This document shows positions 50,601 through 64,000 of a DNA stretch of 64,000 bases, piece after piece. A program made the translations under genes and the position numbers. The stretch covers positions 358,912 to 422,911 of the forward strand of contig JAAOMT010000566.1 of the NCBI GenBank assembly GCA_016748015.1, written 5' to 3'. The notes beneath the pieces were generated by a model. That model was not told the DNA's origin, did no database searches, and saw only the letters and a program-made list of their open reading frames with translations. The DNA comes from Geosiphon pyriformis uo1. Taxonomy: Eukaryota > Fungi > Glomeromycota. How positions within the stretch are numbered: the stretch's first letter is position 1; every line of letters starts with the position of its first letter.

Positions 50601-53600
50601 AAAAAAAAGTACAAGTTTCAAGTTTTGTTTAGATTTGAGTTTAGTTAACTTATTTAGTAGATATTGATTAATCAAGACTCTTACTTAAAGCAATTTTAAG
50701 AACATTAAGAAATTTATAGATTTTATTTTTGTAAATTAAACCTAATATTACAGTTGCTAATTATAAAATTAATACTGTATTTGATTTTTTTGATATTAAT
50801 CACAGGACTGTTTTAATTATAATTGATTTAAATAGTCTTTTAGATGTTTATTCTAATACTAATTATAGATAAACTAATAAAAATAGATGGAAGTTCAAAA
50901 TTAAGAATACTAAGATTGTTAAGTAGTTATAGTTTAAAGAATGTTTATTAAATAAATTCTTAAATAAAATAGTTGAATTCAATAATGCAAAGAATAATAA
51001 TGATTTAAATGCAATATAAAAGATTTTAAAAAAGATATTAGTCAGTTCTACTGATAAAATGTTTTTAGACTTTGGTTCAGTAATTTTAAATATTTAAGAA
51101 ACAAGCAATTATCTAAGTTTTTTAAATTAGAACTATTAATAACAAAAATTATAAAAAGTTTAAATTTGAATCAGAGTTTAGAAACTAATTGTCTTATTAG
51201 TATTTAGACTATTATTAATAAAAAAATAGTCTTTAAGATAAGCATTATAATCAATAGTAGTAAAAAGTTAAAAAAAATTCTATGTTATCTGTTAAAAGTC
51301 AAAAAAAATATTACAAATTTAAAGTTGTTAAAAATAATTTCATTAGAAAGATAATAGATAAATATATAAAAAAATTTTGTTTTAATAAAAGACAAATAAT
51401 TAGAAGTATTTTGGAATAACTATTTTAAAAAGTAATACTTGATTATTTAATAGTAAATAATCTGATTCTGAAGTCTTGTAAGGTCAAGTTTATGATTGAT
51501 GTAATTATAAAAAAATAGACAAAAAAATGTATAATACTTAGTATTTGACTTAATCAATAGTCTAATTAATATATTCTTCTGAACAATATTAATAATAGTA
51601 TATTCTTGAAAATTATGTGTAATATTAAGTTTGATAAGTTTTTGTAGTTGGTTAAAAATCTGCTTAATAAAAAACTACTGGCTTTTCTGGTATTTTTAAT
51701 GAGCTTTAAAAACATAGTAATGTGCAGATTTTAAGAGATTTGTTAGATATTTTTAATATGTATTTAGTGTCAAATACAGTTTTTATACAATAAAAAAAAG
51801 TCTGAATTTCTATGATATTAAAATTATATGATTAAAAAAAAATCTTACTAATACTAAGCCAATAACTTTAATTAAAATAGTTTATAAAATTTTGTTTAAT
51901 ATTCTTTTAAATAAGATTTTTTTAGTTTATAGTAAGTTTAATATCTTGTATGATAATAATTTTTCAATTTTGAAAGACATATTTATTCAGACTCCAATTT
52001 TTGCTGTTGGTTTTATAATTGAGAATATATTAAAAAAAACAGAAAGTTATAGTTGGTCCTTCAAAACATGTATAAAGTATACAATTCTGTTAAGTAGTAT
52101 TATTTGCAAAACAGTTTAATTAAAATTAAGATGTGTTCTTATTTTATTAGGTTTTTTAGAAGTATATATAATGATAAAATTAATTAAATAATAAACTTAC
52201 AGATAAGTATACTGTTTATAATAATCTGAATTAGAGAGAGATTTTCTTGTTACTGCTATAAAAAATCTTTTATAATAATTTGCTTTGTAAAATTAAAAGA
52301 CATAACAATTTGTTTAACTACAAATTGGATTTAAAGTTTATTATAAGAACTAATAAGTAAAATCTTAGAGGTAATAAAACATTTTTTTTGACAATTAGAA
52401 CATTTATGAACAATATAATCTGAATTAAAAATAGCATGTTTACTATTCAATATATCTTGAACATAGCTAGTAAATTTTTTTAAATCAATAATATTTTAAT
52501 TAACATAAATAAAACAGTTGCTATACTTATTAATTAAAGAATAGAAACTTTTTATTTGTTAATAAGTAAATTAGATATTTTAATAGCAAAAAAAAGTGAT
52601 TCTTATAGATACTTAAGCTTTTTTTTGTTTATGAATAGTCTTTTTAACTAAATCTTATTAAAACTTATTTGAATGTTAAATTTTTTACAAATCTGGTTTT
52701 GAGAAAGACTGTTTTGAACAAGCAATTTTTGTATCTGGTGTTTGTGGTTTTCTATTTCATAATTGGTTATAGAATGTAATTTAGTTATATATCAATAAGT
52801 ATATATAAAAAATAAGACAAAATACTGAGAAGAAAATTAAAGTTCAAGACCAATTTGCTTAAAAACTTTCCTAACAAAGCTATTTTTTATCTTAAGTTAT
52901 ATAATTTCAAGTTATTTGGGCAAATGCAAGCTAAAAATCTGCTGGCTAATTTGGTTACTTTTGTCAATTTAGGAGAATTCTTAGCAAATTATTTAAATAT
53001 AGAGCTATAAATTTATAGGCTGTTAGCTAAATACTTTAGTATTCTTCTAATTTTCTGGTCATATTGTTAATTAGTCCAATAAATTGTTTTTTAATGAATA
53101 TAATTAGCACTTTAGTGTTATGTAATTTGTTTTTAGATAATGACTTACTTAATATATTTTAAACTGGTAGTAATATTGTTATTACTAATATTTTGGGTTT
53201 AGAATGTTACATAGATGTTATAAGATTGTTAAAAAAATTTAGTATTGTTTTTGCTAACCAACTTTTGAATTATCATAACATATGCTTTACATAAAACACA
53301 TTTCACAAGTAAAAAAGACTTAATCCTAAAGGTTCTGTTTCTGATAGGTTTAGTTTGCTTGTCAAGTTTATTGAAAGAAGTGATTTGGTTAACTATAGTG
53401 CTTTGACTTTTTATCCTGCATTTGTTGGCCATCTATACAACTTTGATTTTGTTAAAAAACAATAACTAAGATATAAAGCAAATAAAATAGTTGTTTATAT
53501 GAATATTTCAGTTAAAAATTTGAATTCTGTGAATATTTATAGTAATATAGCTGCATATTTTTCAAATATTAATATGAGTATAAAAATAAAAATATATGGC

Positions 53601-55060
53601 TTGTTTTTTTTAACTTTAAGAAAACTACAGATTATTATACTTGTATTAAAATATGTTGTTTTGTCTAACTCAATAGTATTGTTTACAAATGTAAAATATT
53701 ATTAGATGTTTGTGTCTCAAATAAAAAATGTGTTAATTCTAATTTTTGTAATAAATACTGAATAGAAAAAGAATATATTTATTAGGCCATTGTGTCAAAA
53801 AACTTGTTAATTAGTTGGAATAAGATCAAAAATTACTTTGGAATTGTTGGTAATAAATATGTAAACTTTTTTGCCAATATTGCCATTATGTTTGATTTTA
53901 CAATATTTGTTTAGATACTATGTTATTTTTTTGTTATTAAAAAAAGACTTGTTTTTGAAAATGTTCATTATTTTATTAGGTATTTGTTTAAGGCTATTAG
54001 TTTTGTTAACTAAAAATTCAAATATACTAATAATGTTGTGAATATAATACTATACAGTTTTTTTAATATGTATAGGACTTTTAACATTTGATATCTTAAT
54101 AATTGTGTTCAATTTGGTTTTATTAGCTCTGTTTCTGTAATGCTTTAATTTTATTTTATAAAGATTTTGTACTATTATTTGTCTATAGTCAAGAAAAAAA
54201 GACTATATAATTTAAGTTATTCTAATGTATTATGCATTTGGCTTAAGTTGATTAAGAAATTTGATCACATATTTTTATGTATTTATGATAATTGTACTAG
54301 AAAAAACCTGATTTTGAGCATTTTTTAAGTATAGACTGATTTGCTAAATACTTGTATTGCTAATTATAAGATAATTTAATTTCTATATAAAGCAAAATTT
54401 TTTGGTTGTTTATATATATTGCTTATTAAAAGCTTTGTATTAAAGAAGTGAGCAGCTAATACAGTGTAATTGTTGGGTCTTAAATCTAATAATAGTAAAT
54501 TGATTGTTAATTTGGTTTATGGTTTGTTAAAAATTACAAATCTCCTATATGATTGCCAAATACAAGACTAAAAGCATATTATAAAAAGCATAATCTTCTG
54601 TTTCATAATAAATTAGTTGTTTTATCTATTTTAAATTATTATCTTTGTGAACTTTCAAGATAATTCAAATAATGGTATAAAATCTTCTAAAATATTATGC
54701 AATTTCGAAAACCCATCTTCATTCCATTGACCACACCAATTCTTAAGATCTTGTGTTTAAGCGGCTCCCCAGCGAATCACATGATTCCAAAGATCGACTT
54801 CTTCTATTTCCAAGTCATTTTGTCAATTTTGGTATTAAGTTAAATATATATATTTGTTTTAAATTGTGTTTTTTTTTGTTTAATATGTATTTTGGTTTTA
54901 TGTGAAACTCTTTTATAGTAAATAGTTTAAGTATATAGTATTATTTTGATTGGCTCAAATAACTGGTTATATATAGAAAAGATATGAGCCATACTTAATT
55001 TAGAATTTTCTATAATTGTATGTTTTTAGATAGTAGTTAAACTGTATTTGTAAAACTTAA
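47690..55060 (+). mobile_element. Degenerate, near full-length LINE (ORF1; ORF2 endonuclease-RT-RNase H-Zn finger; 3' UTR with A-rich end)
   Basis: Ordered decayed motifs: Cys/His-knuckle-like ORF1 (~49280-49490); endonuclease KFAxCN (~50152), ETKL (~50253), xDFN (~50578), IDFIF (~50716); RT NTKPITLI (~51850), LVLQNMYKVYNSV (~52053), TNW (~52318); RNase H WNKIKNYFGIVGNKYVN (~53815; compare W.KVKGHSG..GNE.AD); KKRLY...DHIFLC (~54190-54280). Boundaries approximate. Confidence 0.8.
54640..54825 (-). pseudogene. Fragment of a BTB-BACK(-TLDc)-type gene (BACK domain) embedded antisense in the LINE 3' region
   Basis: Minus frame from 54822 reads QNDLEIEEVDLWNHVIRWGAA*TQDLKNWCGQWNEDGFSKLHNILEDFIPLF, matching the BACK pattern DL...E..LW..VI.WG.AQ...W...F..L...L....P. 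GC is visibly higher than in the flanks. Confidence 0.7.
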
Positions 55061-58000
55061 TAAAAAAAATAAATTAAACCACTATTATTATACATATTTT
55101 TATTTTGTCAAAGTTCAATTTTCTTAAAAAAGATATTATTATTTTATTTTATTTTTAGTATTTAATTATTATATTATTTAATTATGTATTAGATAATATT
55201 ATATAATTAATTATTTTATTTTAGAATTAATTGTTAATTTAATTATTAACTTAATGTTTAATTCAATTATTAAATTAATTATTGATTTAATATTTAACTT
55301 AATTATTAATTTAGCTATTAATTTGATTATTTGTCTTTTTTATTGGCTATATAAGTAAGATTTATCAAGCTATGAAAAAGTAATAAATTATAAAATAACA
55401 ATTATTTTCTTAAAAAATAAGAAATTTGCTTTTATATTCGTTAATTAAACTAATATTGAAAATAAAAAATATTTGGAATAAAATAATAACAGTTGTGTTA
55501 TTTTTTATTCTTAAAAAAATTAACAATTTTTATTTTAATACTGATTATTAAATTTCTTAAAAATCAATTTTTTTTTGATTGAATTTTTTTTATCAAATTT
55601 TAAAAACAAGATTTTTAATTTGTTTCAATATTTTTGTAAAATTAATTGCTTAATTTGCTTAATTGATGAACTTGTTTAAAATATTTATTATTATTATAGC
55701 TTATTTAATTTACTATATATTAAACTTATTTTTTGGTATCTAAACTAAATATTTTTTTAAAAAAATATATAATAATTTTGTGTAATTTATAATTGCAAAA
55801 ATTATTAATTTAAATATTATATTAAAAATAATAACTCTAATTTACAAAAAGTGGTATTTTTTTGGAAACAAATGTATTAAAATGTTATATACAACTTTTT
55901 GTTATATGTAAAAAGTTTTTTAATAGTTTTAATAATAATTTTACAATTAAATATTGTTTAGAAATTTGATTGACTTGGTCAATTTAACATTAATTTTTTA
56001 ATAAAAAACACTAAAAAGATATTATTTGTTATTTTCAGTGATTTAGTAATAATTGATTTATTACAAACCAAAAAATGTATTATCTTTGTAAATCAAATTA
56101 ATAATTATTAATATATAAACTAAACTTTATTTGGTAAATTTGTGATAAAATTTATAAAAATTAATTATTATTAACAAGCAAATGCTATAAAAATTAAAAT
56201 AGTACATAAAATTAATGCTTTAATGTTTTTGTATTTGAACAAATATTTTAAATTGAGATTATTAAAAAATTCGATAATTAATTTAAGAGTTTTATCAATT
56301 TCAAAAGTTAAACTGTAAATAAATTATGTTAATTTCTAATACTTAAAACTTTAAAGTTATATTAAACATTTAATTATTTATTTCTCAATAAAGATTTATT
56401 TTCAAGTTTTAACTATTACAATTATCTTAAAGTATTGTTAAATTATTAAAATTTTTCAATATTTTTAATTTTTAAATTATTTTAAAACCGAACTTATTTG
56501 TTTAAAAATAATGTTAAAAAATATTGTATTTATGAAAATAGATAAAAATTTTAATTAATATTGTTTATTGTTAACTAAAAGTTTATTTGCTATATTTATT
56601 TTATTTAATAATGTTTTTTAATATCAATTAAACATAATAATTATTTTTGCAAAAACATTAATAAAATAAGAATTTTTAACAAGTAATTAAAATATTAAAA
56701 AGTTTGTAAATTGGTTTAAATAAATTTGAATATTATTTACTAAGTTAATAAAACAATTATATGAATAATGTTTTAGATAGAATATTTTTTTATATCAAAA
56801 TCATTTATAAATTGTTATATTTGTATAGTTAAAATATTTATAATAAGCATAAAAATTGTTTTTTATTGATTTTAAAATTTAATCTGAACAAAATTATAAA
56901 TATTTTTAAATGAGTTTTAAGATAAAATAAAATAGTTGCAAATTTATTGAAAATTCAAAATCAAAAAATCAATGTTTGCTAATTAATTTTATATTTTGTA
57001 GTTTTATTGGTCAAAATAAAAATAAAATAATAATAGTAGAAAATTTAATCAATTTATTAAAAGTAATAATAAATTTTACTATTAAGAATAATAACATTTA
57101 TTATAACATAAAATTGGAAATCATTAATTTTTGGTCTTAAAAGTCTATAATATGTATTGTAATTAGTATATACTTAATTTGTTATTAATTTTATTAATTT
57201 TTTATTGGTTTTGTCTGATCATCAATTGAATAAACAAATAAAAAATTATTATTAAAAAATATATTTGATAATTTAAAAGAATAAAATTTATTTATTATAA
57301 TATTATTATTTAAATTTTTATTATCAATTTTATTACATTAAAATTGAAAGGATTAATAATGAAAATACAAAATATTTGAGTTTGTATTAAAAAATTCTTA
57401 AAAACTTTATTTTAATTAAATTAATTAATAAGATAGATTAAAATTTTCTATTTTTGTTAAAAACGTTGTTTAAATGATTTAACATAAATTTTTTTTACAA
57501 ACAACTATATTTATACAAATGAAATTGCAAAGATTTGATCTAAAAAACTGTTTTTAATATAAAATTTCTTTACTAGTTAAAAACCAAATATTTAGCTTTT
57601 AATATTATACTTAACCTTTAAATTTTAATCATAATTATAACTTAATTAATTAATATTTCGAAGGTGATTAATGTTGAGAATTCTCTACTTATAAAAAAAT
57701 TTTTTATATTTTTTATTTGTTTTGTGCAAGTTTTATTCTGATTTTTATCTGCTTCAATTTTATTTGTTCAAATTTTTACATATTTCAAAAAATTAATTGT
57801 AATCTAATCCATCTTTTAATTGACTTATTTACATAGCCAACTTTATTAGTAATTCCTTTATTAATCATATATAAAAATTGCTTGCATAACACAAAAATTA
57901 GTTATATTAAAAATACTATCACTGAAATTTATTTTGGCAAAATATCCAATTAGAAAGTTCAATTTTAAATCTTTTGCGGAGATCATTTCTATTTTTATTA

Positions 58001-58155
58001 AGATCTAATGAGAAGTGTCGATTTACCGGGTCCCAGTTTTTCTAAAAATTAATTGGTCATCGGGGCTTTTATTCTTACCAGTGTAACCATCAAAAACATT
58101 TACGTTGATTTTAAATAGAAACAACAGGACTCCCACGCTATCTGTTCTGCTTAGA

Positions 58156-59745
58156 ATGTCTGTGATTTCTTTGCCAACGGAAACTCTGGTTGAAATATTT
58201 CAATATTTCCAGGATGATAATCATTCGCTCTTTTCTTGCTTAAAAGTAAACCGATTATTTGCGCGAAATAGTGTTTCCATTTTATGGAAATTCCCGTTTA
58301 AACGCTTCAAAAATGTAAAATCTCATAAGTCTGTTGTTCGAGCACTCCTTTCTTCCATGGATGATACAGAGAAACATGAACGACTTGGCAATATTTCAAA
58401 CGATTTATTGAATGACCTTCCAAAAGCTATTTTCGATTACACGACCTTTATTGCTGAACTAGACGTTGCCAATTTATCAGAAAGCGTTACCGAATGGTAT
58501 CTTGGAACACGTCAAAAAGATAAACGTGTTGATTGGCAACATGCTAATATTCAAAAAGCCGTCACTGAACTTTGTCGAACTGTTTTAATATCGTCAAACT
58601 GCCTGATTAGTCTCAAATTATCCGCTCAAACTTCCTTTGTTGTCTTGCCGCATTTCGCCAATTTCCTATATGATCGACCATTGAATTTAAAAAATTTGGA
58701 AATCTTACGAATTGAAAAACATATGTCCGGGAAATTGGAAAACGCTTTAGAAATTTTTCCTTTACTGACACGTCATTGTCAACATTTGAGCTTGCTATCA
58801 GTAATGTTCGATTTCAATTATCCCTCAATGATCGATCAAGTCGCTTCTATAATCAAAAATCAATTATACCTTCAAACAGTTCTGATTAAAAACATGGAAA
58901 CAGGCTGGGCACCACTTGTATCAGCTTTATCAACCCAACATAAATCTTTAAGGAGAATCGAATTTCATTCATGTGATTTGGATGAACTTCCAGTTAAAGA
59001 CATATCCTCATTCAATAACTTGAATACACTGGTGTTTATTAATTCTTCCAAAAATCGATCATCAAGCCAACTTTGGACGCCCCTCATGAATGCCAATATC
59101 AAAATTGAGAAACTTTTTTTCAGCTTCGACATTACCATAGGCTTTGAATTGGAAATTTCGCCCATCATTCAAAAAGCTGGAAAATATTTGCTCGATTTGG
59201 TTTTGCCTGAAAATTGTGAACCTCAAATTTTCAATTATGTTCGGTTCTCGTGTCCTAATCTGCAAAAACTTTCAGTAATTCTTGATAAACTCGATGGTGA
59301 GCGGTATAGATCAGCTCTTGGACTTTTTGCTAACTGTGGAAATCTCAAAGAATTATCATTAAACTATATCAGTGACAATAAGCAAATTCAATATTCTGAA
59401 CATTGGTGTCAACTAGCCAGAATTTTACCAGCAAGTTTGACTGGCATCAATTTTGGGATCGAAATCAACGCAAATGATTTATCTAATTTTTTCGCCAACT
59501 CAAGTTTGCCCAAATTACGAAAAATTGGGTTTTCTTGTGGTGTTCGATACGTTTCAAACCTAATACCTGCCATTATTTCTTTTGCGGAAATTAATCAATG
59601 TCAAATCGAAGTTGGGATCAAACATCGAAATTTTGATTTCTCAGATTTGCCTCAGTATTTATCGCAAAAAGCTGAAGGAAGAATCAAGCCGTTTAGTAAT
59701 ATATGGTTTGATAATTATGGCGAATACGATGTGGCTGAATTTTGA
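58156..59745 (+). CDS. F-box / RNI-like leucine-rich-repeat protein, 529 aa, single exon
   Basis: LPTETLVEIFQYF...SLFSCLKVNRLF...VSILWKFPF F-box, FDYTTFIAELD motif, and repeated LxxLxL segments (LKNLEILRI, CQHLSLLSV, CPNLQKLSV, NLKELSL). First ATG is at 58156 within the listed TTG ORF. Confidence 0.92.
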   Translation: MSVISLPTETLVEIFQYFQDDNHSLFSCLKVNRLFARNSVSILWKFPFKRFKNVKSHKSVVRALLSSMDDTEKHERLGNISNDLLNDLPKAIFDYTTFIAELDVANLSESVTEWYLGTRQKDKRVDWQHANIQKAVTELCRTVLISSNCLISLKLSAQTSFVVLPHFANFLYDRPLNLKNLEILRIEKHMSGKLENALEIFPLLTRHCQHLSLLSVMFDFNYPSMIDQVASIIKNQLYLQTVLIKNMETGWAPLVSALSTQHKSLRRIEFHSCDLDELPVKDISSFNNLNTLVFINSSKNRSSSQLWTPLMNANIKIEKLFFSFDITIGFELEISPIIQKAGKYLLDLVLPENCEPQIFNYVRFSCPNLQKLSVILDKLDGERYRSALGLFANCGNLKELSLNYISDNKQIQYSEHWCQLARILPASLTGINFGIEINANDLSNFFANSSLPKLRKIGFSCGVRYVSNLIPAIISFAEINQCQIEVGIKHRNFDFSDLPQYLSQKAEGRIKPFSNIWFDNYGEYDVAEF

Positions 59746-60691
59746 GCAATCGATAATCTAAACTTGAATTTGAAAGAAAAAGCCGAATTTCCCATAGTTA
59801 TTTAGGTTTTTGGTCTTGCGTAGTTGTGAAGATTTTTCATTTCTTAAAATCTAGTTTCTTATTTACCACACTTATTAAAACTTTGAACAATCAACCAATA
59901 GAAAATTAAGCGCAAGTGAAATTTAACCCTAATAAATTACCTCAAATTAATATTAAATATATACTATCACAATAAAGGGGCCAATTAGTTTAATGATTCC
60001 AATTTTATTAAATTTGACCAAAAAGTTAATAGAATAAAAAGAAGTTGATTTAAAATTGAAACAAAAAAGAAAAAATTGTAACAAATTTCAAAAATAGAGA
60101 TTTTGATCAAAAAGTAAAATTCATATATCACAAAATATTATAATTTATAATTTTTGTTTTAAGTTTATTCAAAAAAATTTTATTTAAATGCTTTTCTGAA
60201 TTTGGCTGCATTACTTTGTAAAAAATTTCTTAAACAAAAAGCTTTGCGATGTTATTTCAAAAAATTCATTTTCCTCTTGTTCACCTTCGAAGAGTCGTAA
60301 TTATAAAGTACCTACAGGTATTTTGAAAAAATTGAATTTTAAAATATAAATTTATAATAGCTTTTATTTTAATCTAAACATAGTTTTTATCTTTGAATTT
60401 GTTACCAGTGCTTTATGTTAAAACAATGACAGGAAAATAAGTTTTTAATAGCAAATGAAAAATTATTTCAATTCAAAAAGAATGAAGTTAAATATATATA
60501 ATTTTAAAATCAAATTTTCTTAATTTAGATAGAAAACTAATGGTGGCAACACATTTAGCAAAATTTGTCGCGTTACCAAGAAAAGACGATGCGTAAAATT
60601 ATTTTTGGTTTACCTCTGATGACGCATAACTTCCTATTTATTCCTCCGCCATCCCACTTTGATCTTTCCATCCATTTTCTTTACTTACCTA

Positions 60692-60790
60692 ATGAATTCT
60701 AGCCTCGTAAGATTAAAACGTGAAGTCGTTGAGTACTTTTGGCCCAAAGGTCACCACAATGCAACTGAAATTGCCAAAAACAAAACATAG
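60692..60790 (+). mobile_element. Possible N-terminal HTH remnant of a Tc1-like transposase
   Basis: MNSSLVRLKREVVEYFWPKGHHNATEIAK resembles the KR..I...W..G...A.EIA start of Tc1-type transposases. Only 32 codons. Confidence 0.35.
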
Positions 60791-62432
60791 GTTAAAGAAA
60801 CGCATCCGAACTTCAAATGAACTGTCCGCAATGAGCTTTTAAGGCTTGTCTATATTTCAATTCTGCTCAGACCTGTCTCCATTTAAACTACGTAAGGTCT
60901 TATTCTTCTAAAAACACTTTTTTATTATGTTCTCATGATAGACAACTTATACATGTAGCACTAATTGTAAAGCAGCGAACATGAAAATATTGATTTTTAT
61001 CTATTTGAATCATCATATTTATGATAAAATACTAAACAACTATTTGAAAATGTCGTCAGGAGATATAGACATTAGGGGGTATTTCAACAGGATAATTCCA
61101 AGAAAGACTTCTATGTTGTGTTCTACGATGAGCATTACATAGTTCAAAATTCTTCCATTGAGAATATTTGTGTTTTGAACCATAACATAGTAAAAAAAAG
61201 AAATATATTATGGCAAAAAAGCATGTTTCAGGAAGTTTTTATTGAGCTAGTGGAAAAAAGTGGCCAAACCTTCTAGAGTAGATCCTTTCTAATATTTGCA
61301 GCATGCTTTTTGGTGTTCAATATTGTTTAGATGCAGAAAAAAGCTATAATACATATTTATATTATAGAATATCAAGGTATGTTGAATAAAAAAATTTTCA
61401 AGGGTTTGTGATGAAAAATTGTGCCATACAAAAAAATTGCTCACCATTACTTTATACTAGGAGACAAAAAAATATATATTAAGAATATAAAATATTATCA
61501 AATATATATGAATCAAAAATCCCATTATAACTATTGCCTTTTCTTTTAATAAATCTCAAAGAATGAGTCAAAAACTTTCACTTAGAATTTATTTTAATTT
61601 GAAAAAGTTTTTTCAAAATTTTTTATTCACGTATTTAAAGAAATTAATTATTAAGAATTCTATCATTTAATTTTTAAGAAATAGCACTGCAATTAATTTT
61701 TAATTTCTCAAAACACCCCGCCATTATAAAAATAAGTGTCAGCAATAATTACATTTAAATACATTATACAATATGGAACAATTGCTTTTACAAAATTATG
61801 GGCATATTATGAAAACAGAAAAAAATGGCAAGATTCAACTATCTCGCCATTGAGGAATTATGAATGAGATGTAGATTAAATTTGAAATATTTTTTTTTCT
61901 TAAGAAAACATTAAAAAAACTATATTACATATTATTAAAATATCTCTTTGTTTATAATAAATCAATCAACTTTTTGCAAAATTCAATTAAAGATGACATC
62001 TCAATTAATATAATATTTAATTGCAATTACAAATTAATTACAACTTATTTGTCACATTTGTAATTTTATTTTATAAACAATTTTTTCCACAATCATATTA
62101 AGCCAAAATCATGATTAAAGCTCATTTCACTTTTTCCAATAATATTTTTATTTGCTTTATTTAAATAACTGATATTTTATTTTCATCCAACAAGACTATT
62201 TATTTTTAATTGTCAATTGATCAATTTTTGTATTTTTTTTATTCAAGAAAAATTAATAATTTAAAAAAAATTGCAAAATTAATCAAATTTTGGTTTATCA
62301 AAACTATAATTTTTTTTTGTTTATATATTTATTAAAGTAAAGTTATTTGTAATTGTTTTAATCTTATTAATTTGTGTATATATATTTTGTAATTATTTGT
62401 TGTTTCAGTCACTTTTATTAAATTTTTTAATT

Positions 62433-62433
<1 letters not shown>

Positions 62434-62469
<36 letters not shown>
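62434..62469. repeat. (ATT)n microsatellite
   Basis: About 11-12 uninterrupted ATT units. Confidence 0.9.
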
Positions 62470-62471
<2 letters not shown>

Positions 62472-62593
62472 TAAATTATCAGTACAATTATAATCAAAAA
62501 TTGCTAAAAAATCTTAAATTATATTTAATTGTTGCATAGGGAACGGGTCTGATTACCCACGGCGAAATTGAGGACGGCATTATGAAAAAATTA

Positions 62594-63305
62594 CCGTAAA
62601 CTCCCGTGAATAAGCAACACCCTACGTCATCAATTTTGGATCGATTTTTTAGGGGGGTTGCTTATTTACGAGACTTTTTGAATACTTAATGCCTATTGGT
62701 CCAATGGTTAAATTATTCACTGTGCATATATCTATTACGAATTTCAATCGCGTCGCTAATTTATTGACCATCTGGTTGAGCCATTTCATTGGTATTAGAA
62801 GCTGATATTTCGATTATTATAAATGTGATGAAATAGATACTTGTGTGAAACGCAACAACACAAAAATAATACCTTTGGATGAGGCATGATTTCGAGCAGT
62901 ATATACTGTAGCACTTGTAATGTTGATCTTAAGAAACTTGGGTTCATTGTAGCAAAAATTATAAAGTCGAGTTTCGAATTGGAAATTGGATTATGAGACT
63001 CAGAATCTTAATAAATTTCTATTTGATCAATATACTATATTAATTCCAAAGGATTTCTAATTTGTGATTACGTAACCTCTTTGTATCCTAAACATGTGAT
63101 TTGACGTATTCGTCTAATTTTTGGCACTTGTTCCCATTAAATTACTGTAGCGAAATTAATAAGAAGAATTTCGACTTAAATAAATAAATAAAAATTTATT
63201 TTGGTATATATAAAGGGGTTGCTTATTCAACTTTTCTAAGACTTTTAGACTTAAAGAGGGAGGGTTGCTTATTCACAGTGATTGCTTATTCACGGGAGTT
63301 TACGT
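62594..63305. mobile_element. MITE / non-autonomous pogo-Tc2-like DNA transposon (~712 bp)
   Basis: Perfect 23-bp TIR CGTAAACTCCCGTGAATAAGCAA (62595-62617, reverse complement at 63282-63304). Left end TA|CCGTA, right end TACGT|TA (TA target duplication, one terminal mismatch). Subterminal GGTTGCTTATT copies at ~62656, ~63217 and ~63263. No ORF. Confidence 0.88.
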
Positions 63306-63926
63306 TAAGGTTAATTAATGTAAAATTTGGATTTATTTTTTTTAATAAAACAAAAAAAAATTGCATTTTTTAATTTTATTTTATTCTGATTAGCAATAAC
63401 AAATTATTATTTTTTGGTAAATATTTGTTTTTCAAACTATTTATTTTCATTAAAAATTTATTTTTTATTTTTTAGAATTTACAAATTAAATTAATTGGTG
63501 AGAAAAAGTAAATATATAAATCTTATGTTTTACAATTTGATTTAATTTGATTAATGATAATCATAATTTTTATCTTTGAATATTATTACAATTGAAAAAA
63601 CTTTTTTTTTTATTAAATATTTGTTTTTTTAGAAATTTTTTCTGGTAATATTTTTTTTCTGCAAAATATTTTTTATACTATGGTATACACCCATTTGGAC
63701 TCATTGATAATTTTGAGGTTTACAACTAATAAAAAGACAAAACTAGCTTATTTTTTTTTAAATTATTGGAACAAGTTTTTATAAATTGTATATTTTCCAA
63801 GAAAATTATTATAATTGAATAAACTTGAGATGACTTTAAACAAATATGTAGAAAATAGCGTCAGTAATCGAACTTTGGTTAGGTTCATTACAATACCAAA
63901 ATTAATGCATGCTCCCATTGGCAACT

Positions 63927-63959
63927 TACAAACAGACAAACAAACAAGCAAACAAACAA
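63927..63959. repeat. Imperfect (ACAA)n tetranucleotide repeat
   Basis: ACAAACAGACAAACAAACAAGCAAACAAACAA is directly visible. Confidence 0.7.
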
Positions 63960-64000
63960 GGGGTTAATTAAATCGATAAAGTGGTAGTGTGAGTTTATGA

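Noticed and set aside
62688-62760. tRNA-like A-box (TGGTCCAATGGTTAA) inside the MITE
   Set aside because: No D-stem partner, no GTTCRA T-loop and no acceptor stem.

Overview
Eukaryotic, intron-containing, very AT-rich fungal DNA. The gene families (F-box types, lipase_3, a BTB-BACK fragment, Tc1 and RNase-H LINE relics) point to Glomeromycotina; this is inferred, not proven. Gene islands alternate with transposon relics destroyed by C>T/G>A transitions: a Ty3/Gypsy relic at ~10-16 kb, LINE relics at ~0-2.8 kb and ~48-55 kb, a Tc1 relic at ~23.5 kb, and an intact TA-flanked MITE at 62.6-63.3 kb. Genes: 8-exon NOP56, a tandem C2H2 (CxWxxC) plus coiled-coil protein, a secreted class-3 lipase homologue lacking its catalytic Ser, two F-box genes, a secreted 4x Opy2-like Cys-rich precursor with two KR sites, and a Cys-rich putative GPI-anchored protein. 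The standout locus is 36.5-46.2 kb, a ~2.8-kb inverted duplication carrying two divergent KEX2-type repeat precursor genes. The complete copy encodes a signal peptide plus six KR-separated 52-aa G/N/Q/S-rich peptides, each made of two 20-aa pseudo-repeats. The two arms flank the single GPI-protein gene. The architecture suggests a secreted functional-amyloid / surface-peptide system; that function is inference. Two N-gaps fall inside the duplicated arms.
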